Sequence record: MW822008.1 | Length of the DNA stretch: 64,000 nt | Source of the DNA: Escherichia phage BF17 | Reading direction: 5' to 3' (one strand) | Shown: in pieces, positions 27,540-35,881 of the stretch | Layout: every line of letters begins with the position of its first letter | Numbering within the stretch: position 1 is the stretch's first letter | Notes under the pieces: model-generated | Database searches by the model: none | The model's input: only the letters and a program-made list of their open reading frames with translations | What the model was told of the DNA's origin: nothing | Program-made: the position numbers and the translations under genes

Positions 27540-28189
27540 TGAAAAATGTAACTCAAGAAAAGATTCTGTACCTTGCAAAGTACAATGGTGGTTTCAATAT
27601 CATTAGCCGTGAGTACAGTGGTAATTTGGCTAAGTTGATTGACAGTTTGTTAGAATTTGATTTCATTAAATGGGAAACTAATGAACTTTGGTACGAATAT
27701 GCTGGTCAGAAATGGGAAAGTGATTATGATAATGCAATACATTCATACACTATCACCAAAGCAGGTGAAGTTCGATTAGCCATTATGCGTTGTGCATATA
27801 CTTACAAAAATCATAAAGGTGAAGAAAAACATATTCGCAGAAATGAAGAGCTATTACTTCTCATGGAAGCAGCAAAAGTTACAATGCATGATTTGTTCCA
27901 CCACCCACGTTGGTATGAAAATCTAACAAAAGCAGAGTACAAAGCTTTACGTTACATTGATGAACAAAACAACACCCCAGTTGAAGTTGATGATGTTAGT
28001 GATGATGAACTAAGCCTCAAAAATGTATTTGAAAGTACCAGTACTGAAAGTATTACAGACATTTCTGTACAGATGGCCCTAAAAGCAATGGAACTTTTCA
28101 AGACACAATATGAAGGACACAGTGCTGAAGAAGTAGAGCGTGAGTTCATCACACGCGTACAGATTGCATTGTTCCAATCGAAAAAGTAG
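27539..28189 (+). CDS. hypothetical protein
   Basis: TAATG overlap with the upstream ORF. Its C-terminal ~40 aa are repeated, in degenerate form, downstream. Confidence 0.65.
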   Translation: MKNVTQEKILYLAKYNGGFNIISREYSGNLAKLIDSLLEFDFIKWETNELWYEYAGQKWESDYDNAIHSYTITKAGEVRLAIMRCAYTYKNHKGEEKHIRRNEELLLLMEAAKVTMHDLFHHPRWYENLTKAEYKALRYIDEQNNTPVEVDDVSDDELSLKNVFESTSTESITDISVQMALKAMELFKTQYEGHSAEEVEREFITRVQIALFQSKK

Positions 28190-28202
28190 GATGATATGAA
28201 AT

Positions 28203-28397
28203 ATGAACATCCGTGATGGGTTATCATATAAAGAAGCAGGTAAAGATGGTGTCAAAGGTGAAGCTGTAGATCTTTGCATTTGTGCACTTGACATGTTCGC
28301 TTTGTAATGCGATAATATGAGTTCAGAAGAGATGGAACGTGAGTTCCTTACTTACATGAATGTTAAACTAGCCAAATGGCGTAAATCAATTCAATAG
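28203..28397 (+). pseudogene. degenerate duplicate of the 3' end of the upstream gene, interrupted by an in-frame TAA
   Basis: One frame reads MNIRDGLSYKEAGKDGVKGEAVDLCICALDMFAL*CDNMSSEEMEREFLTYMNVKLAKWRKSIQ*. The TAA is at 28305..28307. SSEEMEREF parallels SAEEVEREF in the upstream ORF. Confidence 0.5.
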
Positions 28398-28406
28398 GTA
28401 TTTTAA

Positions 28407-29378
28407 ATGAAAACTAAAATTATTTCTGAACAAAAAATTGGCAATACTACAGTACTGAATCTTGAAGTTCAAGGTCTTAGTAATGTTCGTTCTCTTACGG
28501 TTTGTACTCAGAGAGATGATTTGACTGATTTCTATAGCTCAGAATACATGTCAGAAGAACCTTGGGATATGGGATGGTTGGACGGTAGTAGTTATATCAG
28601 TTCACGTTATAGTTTTGGTTCTCATGAAAATATTGAACAATTAAAAAATGAGTATATTAAACTCAGTGATACTATTGAAATGAAAGAAGAAGATTGTGTA
28701 GAACTTTTCATTTTTGAATTCGATGCCGGAAATGGTAATTCATTACTAGTAAGTAATATTGAAGAACATTTAATGTATCATGAAATTGAAGATGTAGATT
28801 TTGAAAGTATTAAAAATGTTGTTCATATGGTTGGTGGTAGTATTACTGATGATTCAGATATCGGTCATAATATTTCACTGTGCTTAATTTCTCATCCAAA
28901 AACTCGTGGTTTTAAAGTTCCACAAGATGAAACTTACGTGTCTGAAACTGCTGATGAAGGAATTTATCCTTGGAATGATTATGTAGAATACTATGGTCAT
29001 TTCTGTTCTGATACAAAAGAACTGAAAAAAGGCGAACAATATTTTGATATGTTCCGTGCTGCACAGCGTTTAGTACTGAATAATACTGAACTATTTCCTG
29101 ATCGCGGCGAAGAAAATATGATTGATATTATCTTCAAGAACTATGATTATGTACAGAACATTCCTGATAATGTACATTTGGAATATGTTCACAGTTCTTC
29201 AAACAAATTCTATAATATTGAATTGAATGCTCCAGTGTGTGAAGTAATTATTGAGTACGGTGCTATTGGTAAAACCAGTACTACTGATGGTGAAGAATTC
29301 GAAACTATTGAAGAAGCACGTAAGTTCTTCGAGAAGAAAGTAATTTCCAAAATTAAAAGTGGTTATAGCCCAAAATGA
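28407..29378 (+). CDS. protein with a C-terminal WGR domain
   Basis: C-terminus is SSNKFYNIELN...IEYGAIGKTSTTDGEEFETIEEARKFFEKKVISKIKSGY, a WGR-like pattern with YGAIG in place of WGRIG. Confidence 0.6.
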   Translation: MKTKIISEQKIGNTTVLNLEVQGLSNVRSLTVCTQRDDLTDFYSSEYMSEEPWDMGWLDGSSYISSRYSFGSHENIEQLKNEYIKLSDTIEMKEEDCVELFIFEFDAGNGNSLLVSNIEEHLMYHEIEDVDFESIKNVVHMVGGSITDDSDIGHNISLCLISHPKTRGFKVPQDETYVSETADEGIYPWNDYVEYYGHFCSDTKELKKGEQYFDMFRAAQRLVLNNTELFPDRGEENMIDIIFKNYDYVQNIPDNVHLEYVHSSSNKFYNIELNAPVCEVIIEYGAIGKTSTTDGEEFETIEEARKFFEKKVISKIKSGYSPK

Positions 29379-29755
29379 AAATCACACGCTTTGGTAAAAC
29401 CTTTGAACTAAACATTGTTTCTGTTTATAAAAAAGGAAAATCAGGAAAGTTAAGCACTGATAATATTAGATTTGTTATTAGTGATTATTATGATATGTTT
29501 AATCAGGCATTTGAAGAAAATAAATTTGGTTTGATTTTATGTAAACCACAAAAACCGGAATTAGGTATTTTGGATTTAAGAACTGATAAGTCTGATTTTA
29601 TTGGTAATCTTGATATTATTGAATTTAAAGTTGATATATCAAAAGAACATTTTAGAGTTAAAAACTATAATTATTACAAAGTTGATATTAATTCTATCGA
29701 AGTACAAAACGTACTTGATGAACTTATCAGTAATAATTCGTGTTTTACTAAATGA
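29375..29755 (+). CDS. hypothetical protein
   Basis: ATGA overlap with the upstream stop. No domain recognised. Confidence 0.6.
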   Translation: MKITRFGKTFELNIVSVYKKGKSGKLSTDNIRFVISDYYDMFNQAFEENKFGLILCKPQKPELGILDLRTDKSDFIGNLDIIEFKVDISKEHFRVKNYNYYKVDINSIEVQNVLDELISNNSCFTK

Positions 29756-29767
29756 GAAAAAAATATC

Positions 29768-30001
29768 ATGAAAAATATATTCATTACATTAACAATATTT
29801 GTATCCATTATTCTCTGTGGTTGTGCTCCTAAAGTTGATGAGATGGATGCTGAAATCATCCGTCAAGGTTTAACAAAACTAAATCACCAAGGAACACTAT
29901 ACGCATGTCATACTATGCGTCATGGGCAAGATCTTAATCTCATGTGCAGGAAGATTGTGAATCGCAAACGTCTTAATACTGTTCCGAAGGATGCACAATG
30001 A
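29768..30001 (+). CDS. putative lipoprotein
   Basis: Signal-like MKNIFITLTIFVSIILCGC. The lipobox L-C-G-C is slightly atypical. Confidence 0.55.
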   Translation: MKNIFITLTIFVSIILCGCAPKVDEMDAEIIRQGLTKLNHQGTLYACHTMRHGQDLNLMCRKIVNRKRLNTVPKDAQ

Positions 30002-30168
30002 AAGAAGTAATTGACTACAAATGTAAAAATTGTGGCAAAGATAAGGGTAAGCATTCAGTACAAGGGATGGCTTGCCCGAATCCAGGTCGTGGTAATTTCA
30101 GCGGGTTCAGTACTGAAAAGTCTTACGAACCGGATCATACCAAACCTGTAATGGGTTATAAATTATGA
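29998..30168 (+). CDS. small Cys-containing protein (56 aa, below the track cutoff)
   Basis: My own translation: MKEVIDYKCKNCGKDKGKHSVQGMACPNPGRG... ATGA overlaps at both ends. Confidence 0.5.
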   Translation: MKEVIDYKCKNCGKDKGKHSVQGMACPNPGRGNFSGFSTEKSYEPDHTKPVMGYKL

Positions 30169-30524
30169 GTGATTATGTAGCATTTCTTCATCGCTTTGGA
30201 GAAGCTAAAGAAAAACATATTATCCGTATGCCATTATATGGTGAAAAAGACTGGTACAAAAGTACTATAAGTGTAGGTGCATTTCGTGACCGTGAAGCTG
30301 GATTCTTTCTGGGTAAGCAACATGAACGAGAGGTACTTTGCTCACTGTGGCGTTTGGATGAATGGGATAGTGAGAACGTAAGAACTGCTGAATCAATGCT
30401 GGCTATTGTTGGTATTGCGAACTATCAGCACCCATATGACCTATTACCTACATTTGAACATGCTTCTTTGTTTGATTTTTACAAAGCAGTAGGGTATGAT
30501 TATAAAAAGAAACGTTACATTTAA
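30165..30524 (+). CDS. hypothetical protein
   Basis: ORF track. Followed by a terminator at 30529. Confidence 0.65.
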   Translation: MSDYVAFLHRFGEAKEKHIIRMPLYGEKDWYKSTISVGAFRDREAGFFLGKQHEREVLCSLWRLDEWDSENVRTAESMLAIVGIANYQHPYDLLPTFEHASLFDFYKAVGYDYKKKRYI

Positions 30525-30528
30525 TATC

Positions 30529-30556
30529 AGTACTACCACAGTGGGCAGTACTTTTT
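30529..30556 (+). terminator. intrinsic terminator built from two AGTACT copies
   Basis: AGTACT-A-CCA(CAG)TGG-GC-AGTACT followed by TTTTT. Confidence 0.55.
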
Positions 30557-30570
30557 AATTGGAGATTACT

Positions 30571-31185
30571 ATGACTACATCTGAAAAGTACTGGTGGATT
30601 TTGGCTCATCCTAAATTCATAAACAAAGATATGGTTCCAGCTAGGATTGATATAGAACCTCATGATGTGTGTCCAATGACAAATCGAATTGAAGATTTCA
30701 AAGCATTGAATACAAAGACTCAATTTTGGGTAGAATTTCTTTCACCAATGTATATTGAGCAAGACGACGAATGGGTACAAGCACATGATTATCAATTGGA
30801 TTGTGGTGGTGATACGTATGAAGAGGCGATTGATAAATTATACAAAAATGTGCTAAACACATATGGTGATTACACCCAACAAGAAGCAGATAACACATTT
30901 AATAAGATCCATGCATTCAAATCTACTCCATCAATTTTTAATCCTACTAAAACTGTTTGGGAGGAACGACACAGTTGGAGTTCATGTGTAATCGATGAAG
31001 AAACCAAAGAAAAAATCATCGATGATATAAAAAATTTAAAAAATACGATAGAAGCCTTGCGTGAATTCATAATGTCTTGTACAATAGAACAACAGAAAGA
31101 GGCAAAGATACATTTGGAGAGTGAAGAATGTAAACTTTGGGTTCTAGAGAAATCTATTGAAAAGGGTATAGACTTAGACTTATGA
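30571..31185 (+). CDS. hypothetical protein
   Basis: ATG at 30571 after GGAG. Confidence 0.65.
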   Translation: MTTSEKYWWILAHPKFINKDMVPARIDIEPHDVCPMTNRIEDFKALNTKTQFWVEFLSPMYIEQDDEWVQAHDYQLDCGGDTYEEAIDKLYKNVLNTYGDYTQQEADNTFNKIHAFKSTPSIFNPTKTVWEERHSWSSCVIDEETKEKIIDDIKNLKNTIEALREFIMSCTIEQQKEAKIHLESEECKLWVLEKSIEKGIDLDL

Positions 31186-31550
31186 ATAGTAAATTGGAGA
31201 AACTAATCGAAGAATTACGCCAGATGCCACCTATTGAACAAGTAGGAAATTACAAACGGTATCGTGTTATTGCTCGTGCACTTGATAAAAAAGGTAGAGT
31301 ACTGGCAACTCGCACAAATTCTTATACACAGACTCACCCAGTACAGAAGGGTTTCGCCATTCGTGCTGGGCGACCGCAAGGTGAGTTTCTTCATGCTGAA
31401 ATTTCATGTTTACTGGCTGCTCGTGCTGATGTTCATACTTTACTGATTGCACGGATAAGTAAAGATGGAATTCCTGTTCCGGCTAAACCATGTGAAATTT
31501 GCTCATTAGCAATAAAAGAATATGGGGTGAAAGAGATTATCCACACATGA
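31182..31550 (+). CDS. cytidine/deoxycytidylate-deaminase-fold zinc enzyme (second deaminase)
   Basis: Contains HAE (FLHAEISCL) and PCEIC zinc motifs. The protein is compact at 122 aa. Confidence 0.7.
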   Translation: MNSKLEKLIEELRQMPPIEQVGNYKRYRVIARALDKKGRVLATRTNSYTQTHPVQKGFAIRAGRPQGEFLHAEISCLLAARADVHTLLIARISKDGIPVPAKPCEICSLAIKEYGVKEIIHT

Positions 31551-31768
31551 AAATTGAAAGATATGCTAAGCATACTGTTGGGTGTGTAAATGATATATTC
31601 TATTATTATATTTTTGCACCTGAACTACGTTTTCAAATCACAACATACAATGATGGCAGATTTAAAGATACAAACTTCCTCATAACCGACTTAGCAAAGT
31701 ATGCGAATACAGAACATTTTAATCATTTAGTATTTGTGTACTGTATACCAAACCCAAATAAAAAGTAG
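31547..31768 (+). CDS. hypothetical small protein
   Basis: ATGA overlap at 31547. Confidence 0.55.
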   Translation: MKIERYAKHTVGCVNDIFYYYIFAPELRFQITTYNDGRFKDTNFLITDLAKYANTEHFNHLVFVYCIPNPNKK

Positions 31769-31778
31769 GAGATTAAAA

Positions 31779-32138
31779 ATGGCTAAAACAATTTCTTTAA
31801 AAAATGAAAATGTAGGACAACGCAAAGATGGTTTCTTTGGTTTTTCTTGGACAACATTATTCTTTGGACCGTTCCCTGCATTGTTTCGTGGTGACTTTAT
31901 TACGTTCATCGGTGCATTCGTAATTTACTTCATCCTCAACGCAGTGTCATTTTGGATTGTGGGTACAATTGCAATGGTTGTATGGGCATTTCTTTATAAT
32001 AAGTACTACACCGTGAATCTCATCAAGAATGGGTATAAATTCAATGGCACACATGAAGAAAATGCTGAAGCTGCAATGGCTTTGCAAATTGATTTGAATA
32101 AAAACAACACAGTTGATAAAAATAAAGATCCTGAATAA
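31779..32138 (+). CDS. membrane protein
   Basis: ATG after AGGAG. Two hydrophobic helices (FGFSWTTLFFGPFPALF; FIGAFVIYFILNAVSFWIVGTIAMVVWAFL). Confidence 0.65.
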   Translation: MAKTISLKNENVGQRKDGFFGFSWTTLFFGPFPALFRGDFITFIGAFVIYFILNAVSFWIVGTIAMVVWAFLYNKYYTVNLIKNGYKFNGTHEENAEAAMALQIDLNKNNTVDKNKDPE

Positions 32139-32357
32139 ATGGAAAAATACGATATAATTTACGATTATTATGGTAAGGCTTATATGAAGTGTGGGCGTTA
32201 TGTTGAACTCTCTAATAGAGAATCAATAGACCCCCACACTCTTATAACAATTCATAATTCGTACTATAAAAAAGTTACAATAGCTAATTTTGCAACATAC
32301 GTAAATAATCCTTTATTTCCTTACATTATTCAGTACTACTGTAGAGTTATCAAATAA
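32139..32357 (+). CDS. hypothetical small protein
   Basis: ORF track. Confidence 0.55.
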   Translation: MEKYDIIYDYYGKAYMKCGRYVELSNRESIDPHTLITIHNSYYKKVTIANFATYVNNPLFPYIIQYYCRVIK

Positions 32358-32368
32358 GGTAAAAAGAA

Positions 32369-32779
32369 ATGTTAGCTGATGAATTTATGTCACTAAGTAT
32401 CAAGATATTTGATATACTAGGTGATGAAACAGATTTCAATCTAAGCGACAAAGATATTCCATTGGAAGATGGTGGATACTTTTTTGCGATTGGAACTACG
32501 TATAATCTGGATCTTTCAAAGCCTATCAGTGATGATAGTGATTATAATGCAACAACATATTTTGATTTCCAGCTTGATGGACATAAAGAGCGTTTACTAA
32601 CGTACAGACGTAAAGGTAGTTTCAATAGAACCGAGATTACAATAATGGATTTTGAAAAACGCATTGAACTAGCTAAGAAACATCCATTCATCAGTACTCA
32701 TACATTTAATAGACTAATCGATCTATTAGATAATTATCCATATACAATCCGAGGGTCGTTACGTTTAAATGCAGAATGA
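32369..32779 (+). CDS. hypothetical protein
   Basis: ORF track. Confidence 0.6.
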   Translation: MLADEFMSLSIKIFDILGDETDFNLSDKDIPLEDGGYFFAIGTTYNLDLSKPISDDSDYNATTYFDFQLDGHKERLLTYRRKGSFNRTEITIMDFEKRIELAKKHPFISTHTFNRLIDLLDNYPYTIRGSLRLNAE

Positions 32780-32954
32780 AATCTTCAAAAAAGAATACGA
32801 TGGTGAAAGTCTCTATGATATTCAAAGAGACGTACATGAAGCATTCGATTCAAGATTTAACCCATTAGCTGAACAAATCCCACAAGATGAGTTTGGTTTT
32901 CAGGAAGGCACTTTCACAGTGACTATTACATGGAGTCCAGATGAGACTAGCTAA
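32769..32954 (+). CDS. hypothetical small protein
   Basis: ORF track. Confidence 0.5.
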   Translation: MQNEIFKKEYDGESLYDIQRDVHEAFDSRFNPLAEQIPQDEFGFQEGTFTVTITWSPDETS

Positions 32955-33057
32955 ACTTGTCATAGGTTGTAGTGCACTTGCTGCATATATGCTTTTTTCC
33001 GCACCAACCAATGTATTACTGTTAATTTGGGCAGTTGTTATATTAGCAGTACTTTAA
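32941..33057 (+). CDS. very small hydrophobic peptide (38 aa)
   Basis: My own translation: MRLAKLVIGCSALAAYMLFSAPTNVLLLIWAVVILAVL. It ends at the terminator at 33057. Confidence 0.4.
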   Translation: MRLAKLVIGCSALAAYMLFSAPTNVLLLIWAVVILAVL

Positions 33058-33079
33058 AGCACCCTAGTGGTGCTTTTTC
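33057..33079 (+). terminator. intrinsic terminator
   Basis: AAGCACC-CTAGT-GGTGCTT with a T run. Confidence 0.7.
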
Positions 33080-33113
33080 TATTTGTGCAAATAAAAACCA
33101 ATGTGACTTTTCC

Positions 33114-33127
33114 TTGATATAGGTCAA
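33114..33127 (+). promoter_or_regulatory. FNR/CRP-family box TTGAT-ATAG-GTCAA
   Basis: Matches 9 of 10 positions of TTGAT-N4-ATCAA. Centred at 33120.5, which is 41.5 bp upstream of the start predicted from the -10 at 33150..33155. Confidence 0.55.
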
Positions 33128-33149
33128 GAGAAATAACCTGTTCTGACGC

Positions 33150-33155
33150 TATAAT
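33150..33155 (+). promoter_or_regulatory. -10 hexamer TATAAT of the nrdD promoter (no good -35)
   Basis: Perfect TATAAT. The -35 region is poor, as expected for an activator-dependent class II promoter. Confidence 0.5.
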
Positions 33156-33216
33156 GTTGTCTGGTGATATTAAATATCTTCACCCCCAGATGATTTCAAA
33201 ATACAAGGAATGTACA

Positions 33217-35022
33217 ATGCAATTAGATAAATTATATACTGACGTAACGAATTTCCTCAATCAGAGCAATACTGATCTTACCAACGAAAATGCGAACAAA
33301 GATGCGAAATGCGTCAATACACACAGGGATTTACTTGCAGGTATCCTATCTAAGCATTATTCACAAGATGTTATTCCAAATGAGCTAATGCAGTGGCATA
33401 ATGATGGTTATGGTCATATTCATGATTTAGACTACTATATCAGCCCATTAACCAACTGTTGCTTAGTTAACTACCCAGATATGCTAAAAAATGGATTTAC
33501 CATTGGTTGTGCCAAAATTGAAGAACCAAAGAGTTTTAGTGTAGCATGTACAGTACTGACACAGATTGTACAAGCTGTAGCTAGTTCCCAATACGGCGGT
33601 CAATCGTTGGCTCACATTGATGTCGGTTTAGAACCTTACGTTCAAAAGTCATGGGATAAGCTGTTAGAAAAACAAAAGAAATATAATCTAAGTGATGAGT
33701 TCATTGAAGAAGAATTACGAAAAGAAGTATACGATGGATGTCAAACATTACTTTACCAGACTAATTCAATGATTAGCACTAATGGACAAGCTGCATTCAT
33801 TTCTCTTAGTTTAGGGCTTAATACTTCTAAATTTGGTAAATTAATCACTGAACAGTACTTAAAAGTTCATGAGAATGGTTTAGGTAAAGATAAGATTACT
33901 CCAGTGTTTCCTAAAGTAATTTTCTTTTTACAAGATGGTATAAACATGAATACCAATGATAGTAATTATGACCTTAAACAGTTAGCTATGCGTTGTGCAT
34001 CAAAACGAATCTACCCAGACTTTGTTTCAGTTCCATTAAATCACAAAGTGACGGGAAGTAGTAGTACTGCTGTAACACCGATGGGATGTCGTTCATTCTT
34101 AGGAAAATGGGAAGATTCAAATGGAAATGAACAATACAACGGTCGTTTCAATTTAGGTGTGGTTTCTATCAATTTACCTCTAATTGCTCTTGAGAGTGAT
34201 TCTGATGGAGAGTTTTTTGATAAGATAGACGAGCATATGAATATTGCATATCGTGCTCAGATGAACCGTGTGGAGCGTTTAAAAGGCACTAAAGCGAAGC
34301 AGAATCCAATTTTGTTCATGGAAGGTGCATTAGCACGTTTAGGTGCAGAAGAAACCATTGACAAGCTATTTTACAATGGTTATGCTAGTATTAGTATTGG
34401 TTATGTTGGTCTTGTTGAATGTTCAGAAATCCTCACTGGTTCTATCAGTAAGGAGTTTTGTATGTCAGTACTGAATTATATGAAAGTAAAATGTGATGAG
34501 TTCAAAAAAGAAAGTAATATTGCTTTTAGTCTATATGGAACTCCAGCAGAGTCGCTTTGTTATAAATTTGCACGTTGCATTGAAGCAAAATATCCTTCAG
34601 TACTAAAACGTGATTACATCACAAATTCCTTCCATCAACCAGTATGGGTAGAAAGTTCTCCATTTGATAAATGGAGTTATGAAGAAGGGTTTGCTTACCT
34701 AAGTAACGGTGGAAACATCAGTTATGTTGAATCTCCAAACTTAGCAAACAACATTCAAGCACTTGAAACATTAGTTAACTATGCGTACACTAAGATACCA
34801 TATTTTGGTATTAACCAACCAGTTGACCATTGTTATGAATGTGGCTTCCAGGGTGAGTTCAGTGTAGATAAACATGGTTTCCACTGTCCTGTATGTGATA
34901 ATCGTAATGAGAAGACAATCTCAGTGATTCGTCGTGTTTCTGGGTACTTGGGTAATCCTTCTTCGCGTGGCTTCAATAAAGGCAAGCAACAAGAGTGTTG
35001 TGAGCGTATTCAGCACAAATAA
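33217..35022 (+). CDS. nrdD: anaerobic ribonucleoside-triphosphate reductase
   Basis: NENANKD...RDLLAGI...HIHDLDYY parallels the T4 NrdD N-terminus as I recall it. The C-terminus has the Zn site CxxC...CPVC and the glycyl-radical motif RRVSGYLG. Start moved to ATG 33217 (AAGGA upstream) because track start 33154 overlaps the -10. Confidence 0.9.
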   Translation: MQLDKLYTDVTNFLNQSNTDLTNENANKDAKCVNTHRDLLAGILSKHYSQDVIPNELMQWHNDGYGHIHDLDYYISPLTNCCLVNYPDMLKNGFTIGCAKIEEPKSFSVACTVLTQIVQAVASSQYGGQSLAHIDVGLEPYVQKSWDKLLEKQKKYNLSDEFIEEELRKEVYDGCQTLLYQTNSMISTNGQAAFISLSLGLNTSKFGKLITEQYLKVHENGLGKDKITPVFPKVIFFLQDGINMNTNDSNYDLKQLAMRCASKRIYPDFVSVPLNHKVTGSSSTAVTPMGCRSFLGKWEDSNGNEQYNGRFNLGVVSINLPLIALESDSDGEFFDKIDEHMNIAYRAQMNRVERLKGTKAKQNPILFMEGALARLGAEETIDKLFYNGYASISIGYVGLVECSEILTGSISKEFCMSVLNYMKVKCDEFKKESNIAFSLYGTPAESLCYKFARCIEAKYPSVLKRDYITNSFHQPVWVESSPFDKWSYEEGFAYLSNGGNISYVESPNLANNIQALETLVNYAYTKIPYFGINQPVDHCYECGFQGEFSVDKHGFHCPVCDNRNEKTISVIRRVSGYLGNPSSRGFNKGKQQECCERIQHK

Positions 35023-35030
35023 GGTAAATT

Positions 35031-35363
35031 ATGGATTTAAAGCCAATTGTGGTTAACAAATACAAAGAACCGTATGATGTGTATATTGGACGTGGGTCTA
35101 AATGGGGAAACCCATTTACCCATATTAAAGATAAACAAACCAAAGCCGAGTTCATTGTTAGTACAAGAGAAGAATCAATTGAAAAATTCAGAGAATACAT
35201 TATTGAACGTATTTCTTGTGGAGAAGTTAAGATTGATGAATTACTTGAACTCGCAGGGAAACGCCTTGGTTGTTTCTGTAAACCAAAATCATGTCACGGC
35301 GATGTTCTTGTCGAAATAGTGAGTGCAATATTAGATGAATTACCAGACGATAATCAAGGATGA
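35031..35363 (+). CDS. DUF4326-like protein
   Basis: YDVYIGRGSKWGNPF...LGCFCKPKSCHGDVL matches my recollection of DUF4326. Confidence 0.6.
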   Translation: MDLKPIVVNKYKEPYDVYIGRGSKWGNPFTHIKDKQTKAEFIVSTREESIEKFREYIIERISCGEVKIDELLELAGKRLGCFCKPKSCHGDVLVEIVSAILDELPDDNQG

Positions 35364-35805
35364 TTTAGTAAATGGAGAGGGCGTTCGCTGCTCTTTATTT
35401 GTTAGTGGGTGTTCGCACGGATGTGATGGTTGCTTCAATGAAGAAGCATGGGATTACAGAAGTGGTCAATTGTTCAGTACTGAAACAGTTGAGATTATAC
35501 TACAGGAACTAAAAAAACCATATGTTAGTGGTTTGTCACTTCTAGGCGGCGATCCATTAATGAAAAAGAATATAGATGAAGTTTTAAATCTATGCAAAGT
35601 AGTTAAAGAAACTTATCCTAGTAAAACTATTTGGTGCTGGAGTGGGTATACTTTAGATGAGATTATGAAAAATCATGCTAAAGATATACTTCAGTACTTA
35701 GATGTATTAGTTGATGGTAAGTTTATTGAGTCCGAAAAGAATTTAAAATTACCTTTCCGTGGTTCAAATAATCAAAGAATACTATATAAAAATAAAGATT
35801 TTTAG
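35335..35805 (+). CDS. nrdG: anaerobic ribonucleotide reductase activating protein (radical SAM)
   Basis: Contains DLVNGEGVRCSLFVSGCSHGCDGCFN, the CxxxCxxC cluster. Confidence 0.88.
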   Translation: MNYQTIIKDDLVNGEGVRCSLFVSGCSHGCDGCFNEEAWDYRSGQLFSTETVEIILQELKKPYVSGLSLLGGDPLMKKNIDEVLNLCKVVKETYPSKTIWCWSGYTLDEIMKNHAKDILQYLDVLVDGKFIESEKNLKLPFRGSNNQRILYKNKDF

Positions 35806-35809
35806 CATA

Positions 35810-35832
35810 AGCACCCGTTGGGTGCTTTTTTA
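35810..35832 (+). terminator. intrinsic terminator after nrdG
   Basis: AGCACCC-GTT-GGGTGCT followed by T6. Confidence 0.75.
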
Positions 35833-35881
35833 TTATGTATATAAATACATTAACTAATATCTAATTTATAAGGGATATATA

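Noticed and set aside
33163-33184. The imperfect palindrome at the nrdD +1 considered as an NrdR box.
   Set aside because: It is AT-rich and palindromic like NrdR boxes, but it does not match the ACAC...GTGT ends of the consensus as I remember it. Only one copy is present, so it is kept only as a note within the FNR finding.
33154-33216. The track start codon for NrdD at 33154.
   Set aside because: It overlaps the -10 hexamer and the predicted transcription start. ATG 33217 has an AAGGA RBS, and its N-terminus then aligns with T4 NrdD as I recall it.
33217-35022. A possible group I intron or intein in nrdD, as in T4 and relatives.
   Set aside because: The reading frame is continuous and collinear with NrdD from the N-terminus to the glycyl-radical motif. 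There is no insertion.
35838-35848. TATAAATA, a T4-late-promoter-like sequence, upstream of the first tail-fibre gene.
   Set aside because: It is a single occurrence in very AT-rich DNA. I did not see the motif before the other structural-looking genes in the window, so I cannot support a late-promoter class.
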